DNA of 63,530 nt, filler included, from Cercozoa sp. M6MM (lineage: Eukaryota > Protista > Endomyxa: Ascetosporea), in NCBI GenBank assembly GCA_040357565.1. It is 11 parts of 11 records of this genome, joined end to end, with 100 filler letters (N's around TTAATTAATTAA, not from the genome) between each part and the next. Parts side by side here need not be neighbours in the genome. Positions count along the whole stretch, not along the records: positions 1 to 7,990 come from JBDODJ010000579.1; positions 8,091 to 31,941 come from JBDODJ010000165.1; 9 more parts are not named here. One strand, given 5' to 3'. Under the pieces are notes generated by a model. The model worked only from the letters and a program-made list of their open reading frames with translations, ran no database searches and was not told the DNA's origin. Position 1 is the stretch's first letter, and every line of letters starts with the position of its first letter. Below are positions 1 through 16,643 of the stretch, piece by piece. A program made the translations under genes and the position numbers.

Positions 1-54
<54 letters not shown>

Positions 55-64
55 NNNNNNNNNN

Positions 65-115
<51 letters not shown>

Positions 116-152
116 GGGTGCACTTTACTTGCCCTGTGTATGTATGTATTTG

Positions 153-585
153 TGTGCGTCAGAGGTGGCGCCGGCGACGGCAACACAGATGGCTGCGATG
201 CCTCGACCGACAAGTTTGGAACCGGACCCAGAGGCGGCTGCAACTCGAGAGGTTTTTTGAACACGGCAACAGACGGAGACAACGGCAACCGAGGATCTGG
301 AGGTACACTCCGACGGCATATACTTGGGCGAGAACAATATACTAGTATTCATCCCTGTTAACATTGATAGGCAAGGGCTATGCACCAAGTCTGATCGCGT
401 CCTTCTCTGGCAAAACTGACTTCGATGTCGACGGCGGATTCGGCGGTACAGGAAAAGCTACAGTACTGCACCACAACCGGGAACTCACAGTATTCCCTCG
501 TGTCTCTCTCGTTTTCAGGCGGCGGCAGCTGCTCGGACAAGGACGGAGCCGATGGAGGGGCTGGCGCCGGAGGCGGCGGCTACTC

Positions 586-660
<75 letters not shown>

Positions 661-841
661 TAAATTGGCTGCATTGACACAGGGTGGAAGTGCCGCGAAT
701 GGGGTGACTGGAGGCGGCGGCGGAGGCACTATCGCCGCTGGCACTGAACTCTCCAACACGCCAACTACAGGGTTCGGCACCGGGCCAGACGGATGCGTCT
801 TTGTCACCTACTTGGGGCCTTCTTCCTGCGAGAGCGACTAA
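153..841 (+). CDS. 3' part of a glycine-rich (ALK/LTK Gly-rich-like) protein, 4 exons, 5' end lost at contig edge
   Basis: Spliced exons give GGFGG-GGS...GGAGAGGGGYS-GG...GGGGGGT...GPDGCVFVTYL, the GGFGGGG/GGGGYSGG pattern of Gly-rich domains. GT-AG introns; TAA at 839-841. Confidence 0.6.
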
Positions 842-1034
842 ACAGAACAGTCGCTCGAGGGCGCTACGCTTCTTGCACTGTCCCGGTACAGCGTACCGGT
901 GACTGATTGAGGCCAATGTACAGTACAGTGCACGACTGAACTTTTGAAACCGGAACTTTTAGAACCGAAAACAGTAAATTTACTGTCGACGTCAACTCGA
1001 TTATGAATCTCCTAGTCAGTAAACTTACCATGCA

Positions 1035-2653
1035 TCACGTGGGTTCGTTTGCACGTTGGTCGCAAGGAGTCTCATGATCAACAACTTCGACGGAGCCAGT
1101 TCTGCTTTGCTTCGGTTTCAAAGGCACAGTCCCTGAGCATTCCGGATCCGGGTCCGTCAGTTTCGGGTCGAGGTTGCGACTCGCCCTTTTCTTGGTGGTG
1201 GATGCTGAGAAAGCTCCGCGCGGCGCAGACAGCATCGTGTGGCACAATTGCGGCATCGGAACGTGCGACGGTACTGGAGGCGCCTATTTGCGGTTGCCGG
1301 TGTCAATAAGATAGGACTGTAAGTTTAGGTACTTTGCATTTACCCGTTGATGCAGCAGCTCGGTTTGTGCGATCGCGCGTCGCATTGCCTGACGTAGCTG
1401 CTCGGCTTTTGTGTTCATATGCACGCTACAACAAGAAAGCGAGTCAACAGAAGGTTGTGTATATACAGTACACGTAAAAAACTGACTTGAGAGTCGCCAC
1501 ACTGGCAGGAGGCTGCGAATCTGCAGACATCTGTTCTTCTTGTCGCGACTCGTCGAGTTCTACTTGCGCTTGCTGTTGCTGTTGCAGTTGGCGAAGCAAC
1601 CACTCACGCCGTGTCGAGGTCGGAGCCAGCACGCCGTTGCAAACCACTCTGACTCCTGCTATTCACACAACAATCTATGAAATTGCTACTGTTTGGGGAA
1701 GTTTGAGTCCCACGCTATGCCACGATACCTGCAACGACAGGAGGTGTCGTTGGTGGCGCAGAGGTTGGAGATAATGCGCTTGCACTGTCCTCCTGAGGAA
1801 TACGTCAAACACAGTAAAGGTACTGTACTCTAGATCTTCAGTCTTGATGAAGGAAAACGAGCAACAGAAGCTACAGGTACCTCATCGCGAGTGTCGATGC
1901 TGAGGCCTTGCGACAGCGGAGTGCTTGTAGCAGCGAAGGAGTGACTTGCGATGTCGCTCGGCGTGCGGTGACTCATTCGTTTGGCGCGAAGTGCCGCAGC
2001 TGCCGCAGCGGCCATCTGTGGCGACATGGGAGGGTTGCAATTGGCTGCTGTGCTAAGCCACTTAACAGTTGGCATTGAGGCGACAGAAGAGTCCGGCGAC
2101 ATCACAGGCGACAGTGCCGTGCCAGAACCACTCGTCGAAAGTCTGGCCTGCGCCTGCAGTGCCATCAGTTGCTGCAAGGAACGTAACTGCGCGGCGAGCC
2201 TACTCTCGCACAGAGCGATACCCAAGTAGCATTACATTTTATAGTGCTCATGTTAAATTTACTGTTCATAGCGCAGGCGTTGCAACTCCTTCGTCGCACG
2301 TTCAAAAACCTGTGGTTTTACAATTCAGTTCACAAAAATCACGTGTGAACTGACAACAACGGACAACGGCATCGTCGACTTCATGCGCAGGGAGCGAAAA
2401 ACTGCACGGCTCCATGCGAAGCACTACTTCGCGCAGTTGGGCTTTCCAAAAATAGCGGTGACGCCTCAGTACATCACTCGCACGAACGTTCGATGTGCTT
2501 GCAGCTTGCGAGCTTGCTTGCCGCTGCCGCTTTGCCTTCGACACATCAGCTGCATACACTCAGTATCAGTGTATACACCCAATGTCAGTCATGAGATGCC
2601 CATATGCATGTGTTACATGGACTGCCGTCCCTGCTTCGCTTCGGAGTTTGCAT
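1035..2653 (-). CDS. Multi-exon protein of unknown function (Ser/Ala-rich with coiled-coil parts); ends approximate
   Basis: ATG at 2653 (MQTPKRSRDGSP), several GT-AG-bounded open segments including the 1830-2225 ORF. No recognisable domain. Confidence 0.4.
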
Positions 2654-3147
2654 CGTAAAGGTGCACTATTTCTCTTGCACAACAAAATAAAGCACGGCAG
2701 GAAAATGCAGTGCTGAATGAACAGTAACGACGCTTTTGAAAGAAACTTCGCGTGCGCTGAGCGTAGGTGAACTGCCGATATCGGATTTTGGCTGCAAAGA
2801 CCAATGCACGCCGACGCTTCGGACTACACGGTACGAGTTGTTTGTTTTCAGTTTAAAACCGCGCCTTGCGTTTCTCCAACCGTCAGACAAATGCAAAACC
2901 TCTCATAAAAGAGCCTAGTCGTGCGGGCAAGAGTCTTTTCGTTTCGCAACTTCCGATACCTATCGTGTGGATTCTATAACGTGCCTCAAGAGCAGAGCAG
3001 CTGCAGCACTCAGTTCGGCTCAAACGGGATGTCTTTCTTTGAGCGGGTGTGTCCGATCTTTTTTCTTTGTCAGTCTTCTTGAGCACCGTTGGGCATTGTT
3101 TGATGTGAAGTTCACTGGGCAAATCGAGCACGGAAACGCACAGTGCA

Positions 3148-4219
3148 TGCGAGCACTTGGGGTCGTGCGCGACAGTACCTTCGCACGTCCCCGTCGAGTT
3201 CCGGTAAAGTGGAAGGTGCGCGAAGCCAACGTGAGTCAAATTGGTGAAAAAGCGCCGTCGTCGAGGAACTCGAACAAGAAAACGCGTGCCACAGGCTATG
3301 CCAGTGAGTCTAAGAGAGCGAAAGAGCCTCGAGTCTCAAGCTACAACAACGCAGCGGGGCAGGAGTGCTCCAAGTCGCCACCTCGTCGTCGTGTCGACTT
3401 CAAGCCGTACACACTCTCCGATTTTCGTCGCCTTCCGCGACTGAAAAGCGGCGGTTCCTTGCCTCCCAATCTGGAACGTCCGGAACACTTGGCGGCACTG
3501 CGCCGCGCAGACCGAATGAAACACTACGCAGAGACGCAGCGCGCACGCATGCGCAAGTCGTCAGCAGCGCCGGTAGCGTACAGAGTCGCGAGCACAGCAA
3601 ACACTGATTGCGAGAATGCTGCGCCAAAGAGATCACGGGAAAAACTGAGCAAAGCAGCAGCCACGGCCGCAGAACGACGCAGACGCGCACTCGAGTACTC
3701 CGAGCAGCTGCGTCGGCGCTCACGCCAAAAACACTCGTCAGCAAGTGTTGCACATGGGCATTCTACTGCTCAGAGTGGCAGAACTCATCCTTCCAGATCT
3801 CGCACAGTGTCGTCGCCGATACTTGAACACACTGGCAGATTGGCATCGTTTCCCTCGAGGCGTGTGTTGAATCGTAAGCTTCCACCTGTGCCTGTCGAAG
3901 TGAGTCAGTTCGCTTCCCTCCGATCCATGTGGCCCCGCACAGGTACTGCAGCTCTGACAATCTGCTTCCACTCATGCGTTCGAACCTGCACTGTAGTAAG
4001 AGCGTTGGTTCTTCAAACCAAAGCAATGCGTTTGGAAACCGCACTGATGCAGAGCGACCTGTGCGTGCTATAGGCCATGGTGACAGTCCAGTCGGAGTAT
4101 TCGAGTCATGCGGCGACGATGATGGAGGCGTTCGGTTAAGCGCACTGACGCAAATGATGCTGTCTAAGCACGAGAAAAGACGACAAGAAGTGCGTCAGCT
4201 CTTTAGATCATCTTCATGA
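3148..4219 (+). CDS. JHY-like ciliary protein
   Basis: Motif FKPYTLSDFRRL...GGSLPPNL...RADRMKHYAE and C-terminal MLSKHEKRRQEVRQL resemble the Jhy domain. Start uncertain. Confidence 0.55.
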
Positions 4220-4447
4220 AACACTTTATTGGTATTCAGTAGTTTAAGATCGACCATCATCAGAAACTAGTCAAAACTACACGTAAGTTAAATTTAAAAT
4301 TAGAACGAAACAAAATTGACTGCTTGAGACGGTCGTAAGAGTTTAGGCGAGCTCGCAACCACTAACGTGCACTCAGTGCAGTGTTGCTGCCTGGGTCCGA
4401 GGCGTCTGATCTAACCTATGCGAAGCTTTTCAGTTCAACCCAAGCTG

Positions 4448-7589
<3,142 letters not shown>

Positions 7590-7853
7590 CGCACAGTGAG
7601 TTCGGATCCAAAAGCAACTATCAATCGCTTTCAACAACGCCACTACAATTTTCAACTAAACTTACTTGTTTCAACGAAAGTGATAAATTCAAAAAATCGC
7701 TGAGATCGCCGCAGCGCATCTTGGCATTAAAACGAGTGCCGAGGTGTGTTAACCCCATTTAAAGGCCTACAGACAAAGCCTGTATCAAAGTTCGCCCTGT
7801 CCGCGTGGCGAGGATTTTGGTGCCAGTCTACATTATCAACTCACATGGGCAAG

Positions 7854-7907
7854 AAGAAGATCCCGGTGCGTTTCGAGCCGCTGCGCGCGCCACAAGCCGT
7901 TCTGTTG
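7854..7907 (+). CDS. First exon of a gene truncated by the contig end (MGKKKIPVRFEPLRAPQAVLL)
   Basis: ATG, GC3-rich codons, GTAC donor, then a (GT)n intron running into the gap. Confidence 0.35.
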
Positions 7908-7932
7908 GTACTGCTTTGCGCAATGGCATGGG

Positions 7933-7990
<58 letters not shown>

Positions 7991-8090
7991 NNNNNNNNNN
8001 NNNNNNNNNNNNNNNNNNNNNNNNNNNNNNNNNNTTAATTAATTAANNNNNNNNNNNNNNNNNNNNNNNNNNNNNNNNNNNNNNNNNNNN
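7991..8090. other. Artificial contig linker N44-TTAATTAATTAA-N44; identical linkers at 31942-32041, 33673-33772, 37844-37943, 41647-41746, 47735-47834, 54020-54119, 56215-56314, 58469-58568, 61688-61787
   Basis: Ten identical 100-bp spacers with stops in all six frames. Genes are cut off at them. Confidence 0.98.
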
Positions 8091-8139
8091 AAGGGGGGTG
8101 GGGGGGGGGGGTTAGGGGGGGTAAAGGGGGGGGGCAAGT

Positions 8140-9345
8140 ACCGCGCGGCAGCAGCAGGCAGCGCAGCAGGTCGCCGCCGCGCAGGTGCAGCACGGCCTGC
8201 CGCGTGAAGACGACGCCAGCGTGCGCCAGGCGTTTCTGCGACACGAGGCGCCACGCCAGTTTGTTGCGATCACTCGGCTCCAGCGACGTGCGCAGCACCG
8301 AGCAGTCAAAGCCGCCCAGTCGCACCGTCTGAGCTGACGTGCTGCCACGTGCTGTTCTGATCGCACGTGCCGTAACTTCTACCGTGTGCGTTCCGATCAC
8401 TGTGTGCGTCTGCCGCAACTGCTGTAGACGCCGTGCCGCCGCCTCGTCTAGCTCATAACCGCCCTTTAGGTCTGCGCACACACATGCCACCACTCTATCA
8501 CTCTCCCAACACTAATACACCTCTTTCTTTCTTTAACTGGAAAATAAAACTACGGACCGTTTTGGACAACCAACGGACCGTCCAGTGGACTCGATGTCGA
8601 CACACGCCGCTTGAGTGCCTCCCAACAGCACGACACTGTATCTGTGTCGATGCATAGCTGCGCTGCGTTCTCGCTGGTCAGTTGTTTCGACCGACTGCAC
8701 ACAAAAAAAACTTCAGTTTCCAGGTCCAAAAAGACCCACCCAGCGTACTTTCTTAAAACACTGCAAGCGGGAACTGAAAACGGCACCACAGCGTGCTTAG
8801 CAGTGCGTGAAAGCTGTGCCGCACGAAATCCTTCTTGTGCGTGCACTCGCCTGAAAACACACGCAGTTTAATTTTTGTTGGCTACAGTTGTTCGTATTTT
8901 TCTAAAAAGAAAACAAAGAAGAGCAGTCGATACGAAAGGCTCGCACAAAAGGCACCGGAAACACCTCGATGTGCGAGTTGCGCTAAGGACAGATCACACG
9001 AGATACTCTGAGTCTTAATTAGACCAAGGAAAGTAATTCACTGTGTACCGGCGAACGGAGAGACATTCAACAATAACACTGGGCTTGGCGAGAAAAAAAA
9101 CAACAACAACCAACGGCTTTTGGCCAAAAGCGCTGACGCAAGCTCGTTCCACACTCTGTCCTGTTGCCTCGACTCACACCAGGCTCACAGTCACGAGCTT
9201 CCACGTGGACGAGTCACACGTGGACACGGAGTCGGGGAAAGTGCTCCAAAGTCCGAACAAAATCATCAGAAAACGCGCCACGTCCACGCCTTGGCCCTGC
9301 CCTGGGCTGGCAGACTCCGGTGGCCGTGACCTCGCCGAATAGACG
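8140..9345 (-). CDS. Exon fragments of one or two genes of unknown function
   Basis: GC3-rich open segments (8140-8470, 9150-9345) bounded by GT/AG. No recognisable domain. Confidence 0.3.
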
Positions 9346-9550
9346 CATCAGTGTGCTCACACACGTGTCAATATAGTCTAGTCGCCAGCGATATGCCTAA
9401 TGTCTCTAGAAAAGCTGCGTGAACTGAGAAGACGCGCGATCGGTGTTGAATTTTCTCGGTCGGAAGAAAAACAAAAATCCGCTGCCACCCACGACCGGAG
9501 GACGGTTAGGGTCAAAGATTTTGCCGCGGCAGTAGTCACTTTACTGTAAG

Positions 9551-11230
9551 ATGTTCATCCTTTCTTGTGTGCTAGTTTTGTTGTTGACTGATCAAAGTTG
9601 TCTGTGTGTAAAGATTGTGCGGTACATTGCGGCTGCACTACGCACTGACGCTGCTGCTGGTCCTGTTGGCGGCGTTTCTTCTGCACTGGCACAAGAAACG
9701 CTCACATCAGCGGCTACAAGAAGAAGTGGTTGCTCAAACTGAAGCTCTCGTGAGTGATTTAGTTTTGGTTCGAAAACTGACGGCTCGTGCTTTGAAAGAA
9801 CTCCGCTCCTTCGTGGCTTTGTGTACAGTTTCTTTTCTTTTCTGTGTTGGCATTTGAGCTCTTCTTCTTTAAATTCCTTTACTTTGCTTTGCTTTAAAAG
9901 AGCAGCAATGCACCGAAGTCCATCGAAGCAGCTTCCGATTTCGCGACTGGACGCGCGTGTGGCACGAGAGAGCCGCGTGGCGCCGTGGCTGCGTCGAAGC
10001 ATCGCAGTCACGCTACTTTCGGTCGCGTCAGTTCTCAACGTCGCTTTGCCCGAAAGCTTCCGCGCGGACGCAAATTCTTCGGTCATGCAACTCGCCGACA
10101 CAAGAAATCGCATGTTTCGCCGCGTTTTCACGTGTTTCTTCGCGTCGCTGATGACTCGTCTCGAGTTGCATCACAACAGTCTGGTCAATCGTTTCTCTCG
10201 GTCTGTCAGATTTGGCTTTTTATTTGTTTTCCCGAAAACACAGCGCGAATGGCGACTGATTCGAAACGAAGTTGTGAATGCGCGAGTTCAGCTGTCTTCA
10301 GTCGTGCAGGAGCTTCGTGTCGCCATTCAAGAAGCGCAGGTGTGTTCGAATCTGAACACGCCGAAACGACCTATCGAAAACTCTTCATTTTCCGAGACAG
10401 AAACAAAGTACAGTAGCTCTTTCTTTTTTGTGTGTCGGTTTGTGTTGTGATGAACTCGTCAAACATTGAACAGTCAGGTGCTTCAAGTCGAAAACGAAGT
10501 GCGAAAAGTGCTGTGGTTGTACCGTCGGCACGAAGCGAATCTCGGCGCTGTTGCGACTTGCTTGAAGCACAACTGGCGCCGTTTGAGTCGTCTTCAGACT
10601 CCAGTCGAAGAGACTATATGCACACCGAATAACAACGCCAACAGAGTCGAAACTGTTCGAAAGACGTCGAATTCGCCAAGTTTGCCGAATCACGGGCAGT
10701 TCAAACTTCCGGCTCAACATGCTGAAGTAGCCAAACTCACCTCCCCAGCACCTGAAGAAGAATGTTCGAATCCAACACCTGCGCCGAGTGGAACTGAGTT
10801 CGTCGTGTCTGAAATCGGGTCGAAACACGAGCAACCACTGTCCCGACCATTCCTTTCGTCGTAAAATCTGTACTTTAGAGTACGTATATCCATTCACATT
10901 TTGTTGTCCGGACCAGAAACGCAAGTGCGATGCAACTGAGATCCGCGCGGAACCTCAAACTGGACCTCGTTTCTGATCTGCGTGACTTGTTGGTGGCTCA
11001 AGGCGCCTGGAATGTACAGTTGTTGCACCCTGATAGCTGATACAGTTAAATCTAGTGTTTTTCAGGGAACGGAACCGGTTTCTCCAGCGACAGACGAAAC
11101 AACGGAACCAGTGTTGCAACTGGAGTCTGCTGCGCAAACAGCAGTGGCTTCTGACGGAACCTTTTCGGACCAGCTGCGTGCCACACTGGCTGCTCGTGGC
11201 TTAGATGACGAGGAAGTCCTGGATTTATGA
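9551..11230 (+). CDS. Unknown membrane-anchored coiled-coil protein, multi-exon
   Basis: Hydrophobic LTLLLVLLAAFLL segment, heptad-like RLIRNEVVNARVQLSSVVQELRVAIQEAQ, GT-AG introns, stop at 11230. Confidence 0.45.
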
Positions 11231-11349
11231 AACCAACGCAATAAATCTAAATTAGTTTAATTTTGCCGTTTCGTTCACTGCGGTGAAGTCTGAACTGAAA
11301 CTAAACTGCATCCGATCACACTGCGCTGTACAATGTACAGTAATTTTAG

Positions 11350-13297
11350 TTAGTGCGAACCGACAAACAAAGAGACAGTCGCAGCAGCACTGAACAGGGT
11401 TCCCATGACGCCAACAGCGAGCACGGTGAGACGCGTGTATCGCGGGTACTCGTGGCACAGGCGCAGGAACAAGAGACACGGCAGCAAGAAGACCGTGAGT
11501 GCACCAAAAACCGCACCTCTGCAGTACAGCACACAGTTTGTTGATTTGAGACGTCCGCGCGGGCAGCGAGGATATAAAAAATACCGCACAGCGGCAATGA
11601 CAGCAACGGATCCGATGGCGGCGGAAAAAGCAGTGGCGATCGCCGTCAGTGTCAGCGTGAGCACAATGCGCACTTTCCTGGAGGTCAGTAGACTTGCTTG
11701 CACTGCTTCAACGTTGCGTTGAGTGAGGTGTGCGCACACAGGTGCCACCAGTGTACTCAGAGCAGTGCGTGTGCCTGTCATTACTCTGCAGCCAGAGAAT
11801 GCGAATGTTGCCATGGCGAGCGAGACTGGAAAAGCAGTACATAGGAAAGGTCAGGGTCGACGACAGCAGCATGGCGACCTGTGCGACACGTGCCATCCAC
11901 TGGAGTGACGGGTACTGCGAGTCCTGCGCGAACGAGGAGAGCACGTTGTCGCGCACCGTCCTGCCTTGGAAGCTGATGTTACCGGCCACACTCACTGACA
12001 CGTAGCACGCCATCGCTGCCCCGAAGGCCTACTCTCGGTCGGTTGTATATTTCACAGGCTATACACTGTGCAGTACCAGTACAGAGACGAGAGCGAAACG
12101 TCTAACTGTACGCTGCTTCAACTCGGCGTACATTGTGACCGACCTGGACAACCGAAGTATACCGTAGGCTACGATGCCCAAAGAACGTAGTACTCAGTGT
12201 GCGCATCGTAGGCGCCATTGATAATAGCGATGGCATTGAAGATGTGCCAGAGAAGGTGTGTCTCTTGTGGAGTCGCCTGTGACTCTGTCACCACTGCCGG
12301 TGCTGAGGACTCGACGATACCGCCGGCAACCACAAAGACACAGGCGAAACCAACGGCCAGTGAACCCAGAGCTGACGTCCATCTCAATGAGTGCAACGTT
12401 TCCTATGCCACGAAGCATGTCATGTTTAGAAAAGGCAGATACTGTAGGGTACCTTGCACGACAGCGGGAACAGCACAAGTGCGACGAGTGCCACTATGAG
12501 AACAAGGCGCATCCAGTATTCTGGCGGTGTGCCTGCCAAACCGTGCCATATGTCGCCAATCGCGTCACTAGCGACCACCTATTTGGTACAACAACAGTCA
12601 CCGACGGTATAGTACTGCAGATCTCCGACTGTAAAGTACCAAATAGTTGCAGCCGGTCATAAATGCCATGCAGACGATTGAGACATCAACGAAGGCGGCC
12701 ATTCTCCGTCCAAATGCCTAAAAGTTTGTACAATACTGATACTGCAATATTGTCCTCTCAGATTAGAGAGTTTTGCACCGTGAGAGCGACCTCATTGGCG
12801 GTGACACCAACGTCAGTGTCCGCAATGTCGTCGTCTGTAACTGCAGCAACACGACCGGCTTCGTTGTCCTCCTGTTGTTTGCTATAGCATTTGGCCAGCA
12901 GTGTGTTGTGCGCACTGGCGCCCCACAGCACCCACGTCAGCGACGACATCAAGGCACACACCACCAGCATCACCGTCGACAGCGTGTTGCCCACGCGCTG
13001 TCAAGTCATCATTCGTTTGTGCATACTGGCAGTGTTCTTTGGCGTGCACAAAGGGTAAGGTACAAAGGCACAGTAGGGCAGTGCAAGAACGGCACTCGCG
13101 CATATTCGTTTGAACGCGTTTGTCGCACTCGCAGCGATCGAGCTTTTCTTTGAACCCAAAGTACACACAAATCAGACCGTATTCTTACCGTGATCTTAAT
13201 ATTCGATTAACATTGTTACCACAACACTGTGCCGAACTTGACTGCGCGCGACAGTGACTCCGACGGCGCCTGGAGTCTTCGACATCGTGTTGCGCAT
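11350..13297 (-). CDS. Amino-acid transporter (Aa_trans / SLC38-like)
   Basis: SSIAASATNAFKRICASAVLALPY, LRWTSALGSLAV, IFNAIAIINGAYDAH, DNVLSSF, LTFPMYCF and multiple TM helices. Confidence 0.8.
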
Positions 13298-13474
13298 CGC
13301 AGCTACTGCGCTGGTGCCTAGTTTCGACTTCTGGGCGGGGCTGTTGCGACCTTTTAGTTTTTTTTGCCGCTGGTAGCTTTCGGACTTTGGGTCTCAAGTC
13401 TAGCTCGCATAGTACTACGCTCGACTGCAGACCTCGCCCAGTTTTACGCTAACGTAATTCTTACTCTTTCAGGA

Positions 13475-13729
13475 CAATCGCGTCGGGGTAGGCCCCGGAT
13501 TGGCGCGGCGGGGGGTTCTTGAAAAATCCGACCGTTAGGCGTTGTGGGCTTGACGGACCTTGTTATTTGCTCTTGGGTGTCTGGTATGTTTAGATAGTGA
13601 CTGTACCCCCCTGGAAGGATTTCACTTTTTTGACGGTAGCGTAGGGATTCTCCCCATACGATACAAGACCAAAGAAAAAAAGCGCGCCGCCCGGCCAATC
13701 CGGTACGGGACATAATACCCCGACAATTG
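13475..13729. mobile_element. Intergenic fold-back / MITE-like element with degenerate inverted arms
   Basis: GTCGGGGTA(13482-90)/TACCCCGAC(13716-24), CCGGATTGGC(13495-504)/GCCAATCCGG(13694-703), GCGGCG/CGCCGC and further inner matches, all nested. No TSD seen. Confidence 0.5.
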
Positions 13730-13799
13730 AAACCAACGCAAGCAAAAACAAGCGATCAGTGGAAACTCGCGTTAAGCGCCGAAGTGACGCGGGCTGAAG

Positions 13800-16643
13800 T
13801 GCAGGCCGAAGCGAGCGCCGGCACCTGATCGCTGTTCGGAAGAAACGTTGAGCTTGCGCAGAAATACCAAAATACAGCGAAACACAAAGGTTACACGGCA
13901 GGATCGATCACGGCAACAGTGCCACGCAGCATCGGTTCACCCAGAGGACAGTCTTCATGACTTTGATTGTCACTTTCACTGCTGTCACTGTTGGAGGGCA
14001 GAGCGACTCGCACAACATGTGCCAGTTTGATCAAGCAAAAACGACGTCTCACTAGAGGCAGTAAGGCCTGCCGTAGTGTCTGGATGCTGCGTGTGCAACT
14101 ATCCGGCAGCGTTTCTCCTGCGAGTCAAAATACAGAAAATAGAAAAGACAGGACGAGAGAATAAGGCGAAAGGCACCAGTTTCACGCCAAATGGCAATTT
14201 GGCGCTGCAAACGCGATTTATTGGCCGCAAACAGCGCTACCAAAATCATAGAGTTTTCTCCGCAGAATTCAGTCCAAAAAAGGCCGGGACAAAAAACAAA
14301 CAAACAGCTACCTTCAGGAGTGACGATGAGGGCAGCGTTTTGATCAGCGCAAGGCTGTCGGAACAACTGACGTCGGTACTCTTTGGCCACGTCAACATCC
14401 TTTTCAGTCAAGCAAAGCAAAGTCACTTTCTTTATACAAAATTGACTCAGCGGAGCTGATCAATCGAAATGATACCACAACGATGGCACCGGCACTGTGC
14501 GTGGCAATCGGTGACACTGTTTGAATCGGCGCATGCGGCGCCGGTGACTACACTTAGCAAATACAAGCATATGACCACCCGCTAAACTGAGCCAGGGTAC
14601 ATCAAAGCAAAGGCGCGATAGTAGAAACGCTGACATCGACGCGCATTTGTCCACTGCCAAAAAAATCACAATGTTCTTCTAAACAGAAAAAGCAGAAACG
14701 ATCGCTACGCCGAACGATTCGAAGTGATTTCATCTGACGCAGAATCTACCAATCAAAGAGAGAGTAAACAGGGATACGAAGAAAAAAGTAAAGCAGTACA
14801 TCGCAGCTGCGAGCCCCGACGCCGTCGTTGGCACGCAAATCGAGACACTCGAGGTAGTGAAGATTCTGCTTTCACCAAACCAAACACACCGCCTCTCTAA
14901 TGCACACAACAAGCAAGGTGTGCTCAGTTTACATGCAGTGCGAGCAGCGAATTCGGCGACGGTGGGTCCTGAATGGATCGTCTGGCCATCTGACGCAGAC
15001 TGAGTGACCTCAAACGAGGGAACTGAACTCAATTTTCGTTCATCAAGTTTCTCAAACAAACACACAGAGAGAAAAAGCCACAGAGCTACAGCAATCACGA
15101 GTGAAAGCAAGTGCTCGCCGCTGCAGTCGCTGCGACTCAAATCGAGCGTTGTCACGCGCTGCAACGACTCTGTCTGCACCCACAAAACTCAAGCTTAAAA
15201 CAAAAACAAAACTTGTCGCAAAGCAAGAACGAAATTAAAGCAAACGTATTGCGGCATCAGTTCGTTCAGACTGCTGGCGACTTTCATCGCCGAGAAATCG
15301 AGTGCCAACGCTCCTTGCGTGTCTATGACACAGTTTCAGTTTAATTTGCTCGCTGCACTTGCGTTTCTCATCAAATTCTAAAATCAATTACCCATTACAC
15401 GGAGCGATCGAAACAACTGCGAAACGTCGGCACTGTTGCGATTATTTTCTTGACGGAACGACGTGATGCATGCTGGAACTTTGCTGCTTTCAGTCAGACT
15501 AACTTTAGCAGAAAAAACTGGACAAGTCGTTCACTCAAGATGTACGCTTGTTGACCGGCCAGGAAATGAAAGTCAGCAAAATTTGGCGTTGTTTTTGTCG
15601 TTGCCTGGCGGGAGAGGGGGTAAAAGAAAAGAAAGTGAACAGGCAAAACAGCAACAAACGATCTCGTAAGCCGCACGCAATTTTTCGAGTTCAGCTTTGA
15701 CCTGTCAAGACACGAAACTAAAGAAAGACAACTTGCCACAAAGAAACTCGATACTTCGTCAAGCTGTTCAGTCAGACGTTTCTCTGTTTCGTGTGCCTGC
15801 CGCCTAGTCTGGTTCAGTTGTCGCTGGAGTTTCATCTCGCGTTTCCTGACTTCATTGTTCCTTTTCCTGCACAAGAGAAACTAAGCAAAAAAAAAAAACG
15901 CAGCAACTAAGTTAATGTGAACGATACGCCAGGTCAAAATTTCGTTTCTCCAGAAGAGCAACTTTGCTGGAAGACTGTGTCCACAACACAAAATATATAA
16001 AGAAGAGTTTGCAACTGAAATATGCATAAAAAGTCGACCTGGGACAGTTGTTGCGACAAGGAATCCACGAGCAGTCGCTGTCGTTTGCGAGGAGGCTCAG
16101 CACTCTCTTCAGCAGTTGCAGCAGGCTGAGTTGAGTGGCTATTGGTCGGTCTAACCACTGTACTGTCTTTGTTGGTGTCAGTTTGACAAAAACGACCAAA
16201 GTTTGGGTCAGCGCGACGCATCCGCGCGGCCTGGTTTTTCATTCGAAGCGTTTTTTCCCAAATTTCTCCAGTTAAACTCTTAACTGACCAACGAGCTTCC
16301 TCTCAAGGCGGCGAGTTGTTGCTTTGAACGAGATAACACAAGTGTTAATTAAATCAGTTCAGTTAAGAGTGTGGATACCGAATGAGAGGCACGAGAACTG
16401 CGACTGGCGCTGTCGCTCACGATTTCGCTTTGGCTTGTGACATCGATCACAGTGCTGCTTTGGCTGTGAGCTTCCCTCGAGAATGCCTGTAGAATAGCAC
16501 AGTCGCTTTAGCAAAGTTTAGCCAGCAAATCGCTCGAGTCGCACCAAACGACGAGGCGCAACAGACGAGAAAAATTGCGTAATTTTGTTGTCCTGCTCGA
16601 TACAAAAAATACAACCGTATCGCTTCAGGCAGATACTGTACAT
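13800..16643 (-). CDS. Multi-exon coiled-coil protein of unknown function (boundaries approximate; may be more than one gene)
   Basis: Coiled-coil exons (RNNEVRKREMKLQRQLNQTRRQAHETEKRLTEQLDE) separated by T-rich GT-AG introns. Confidence 0.35.
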
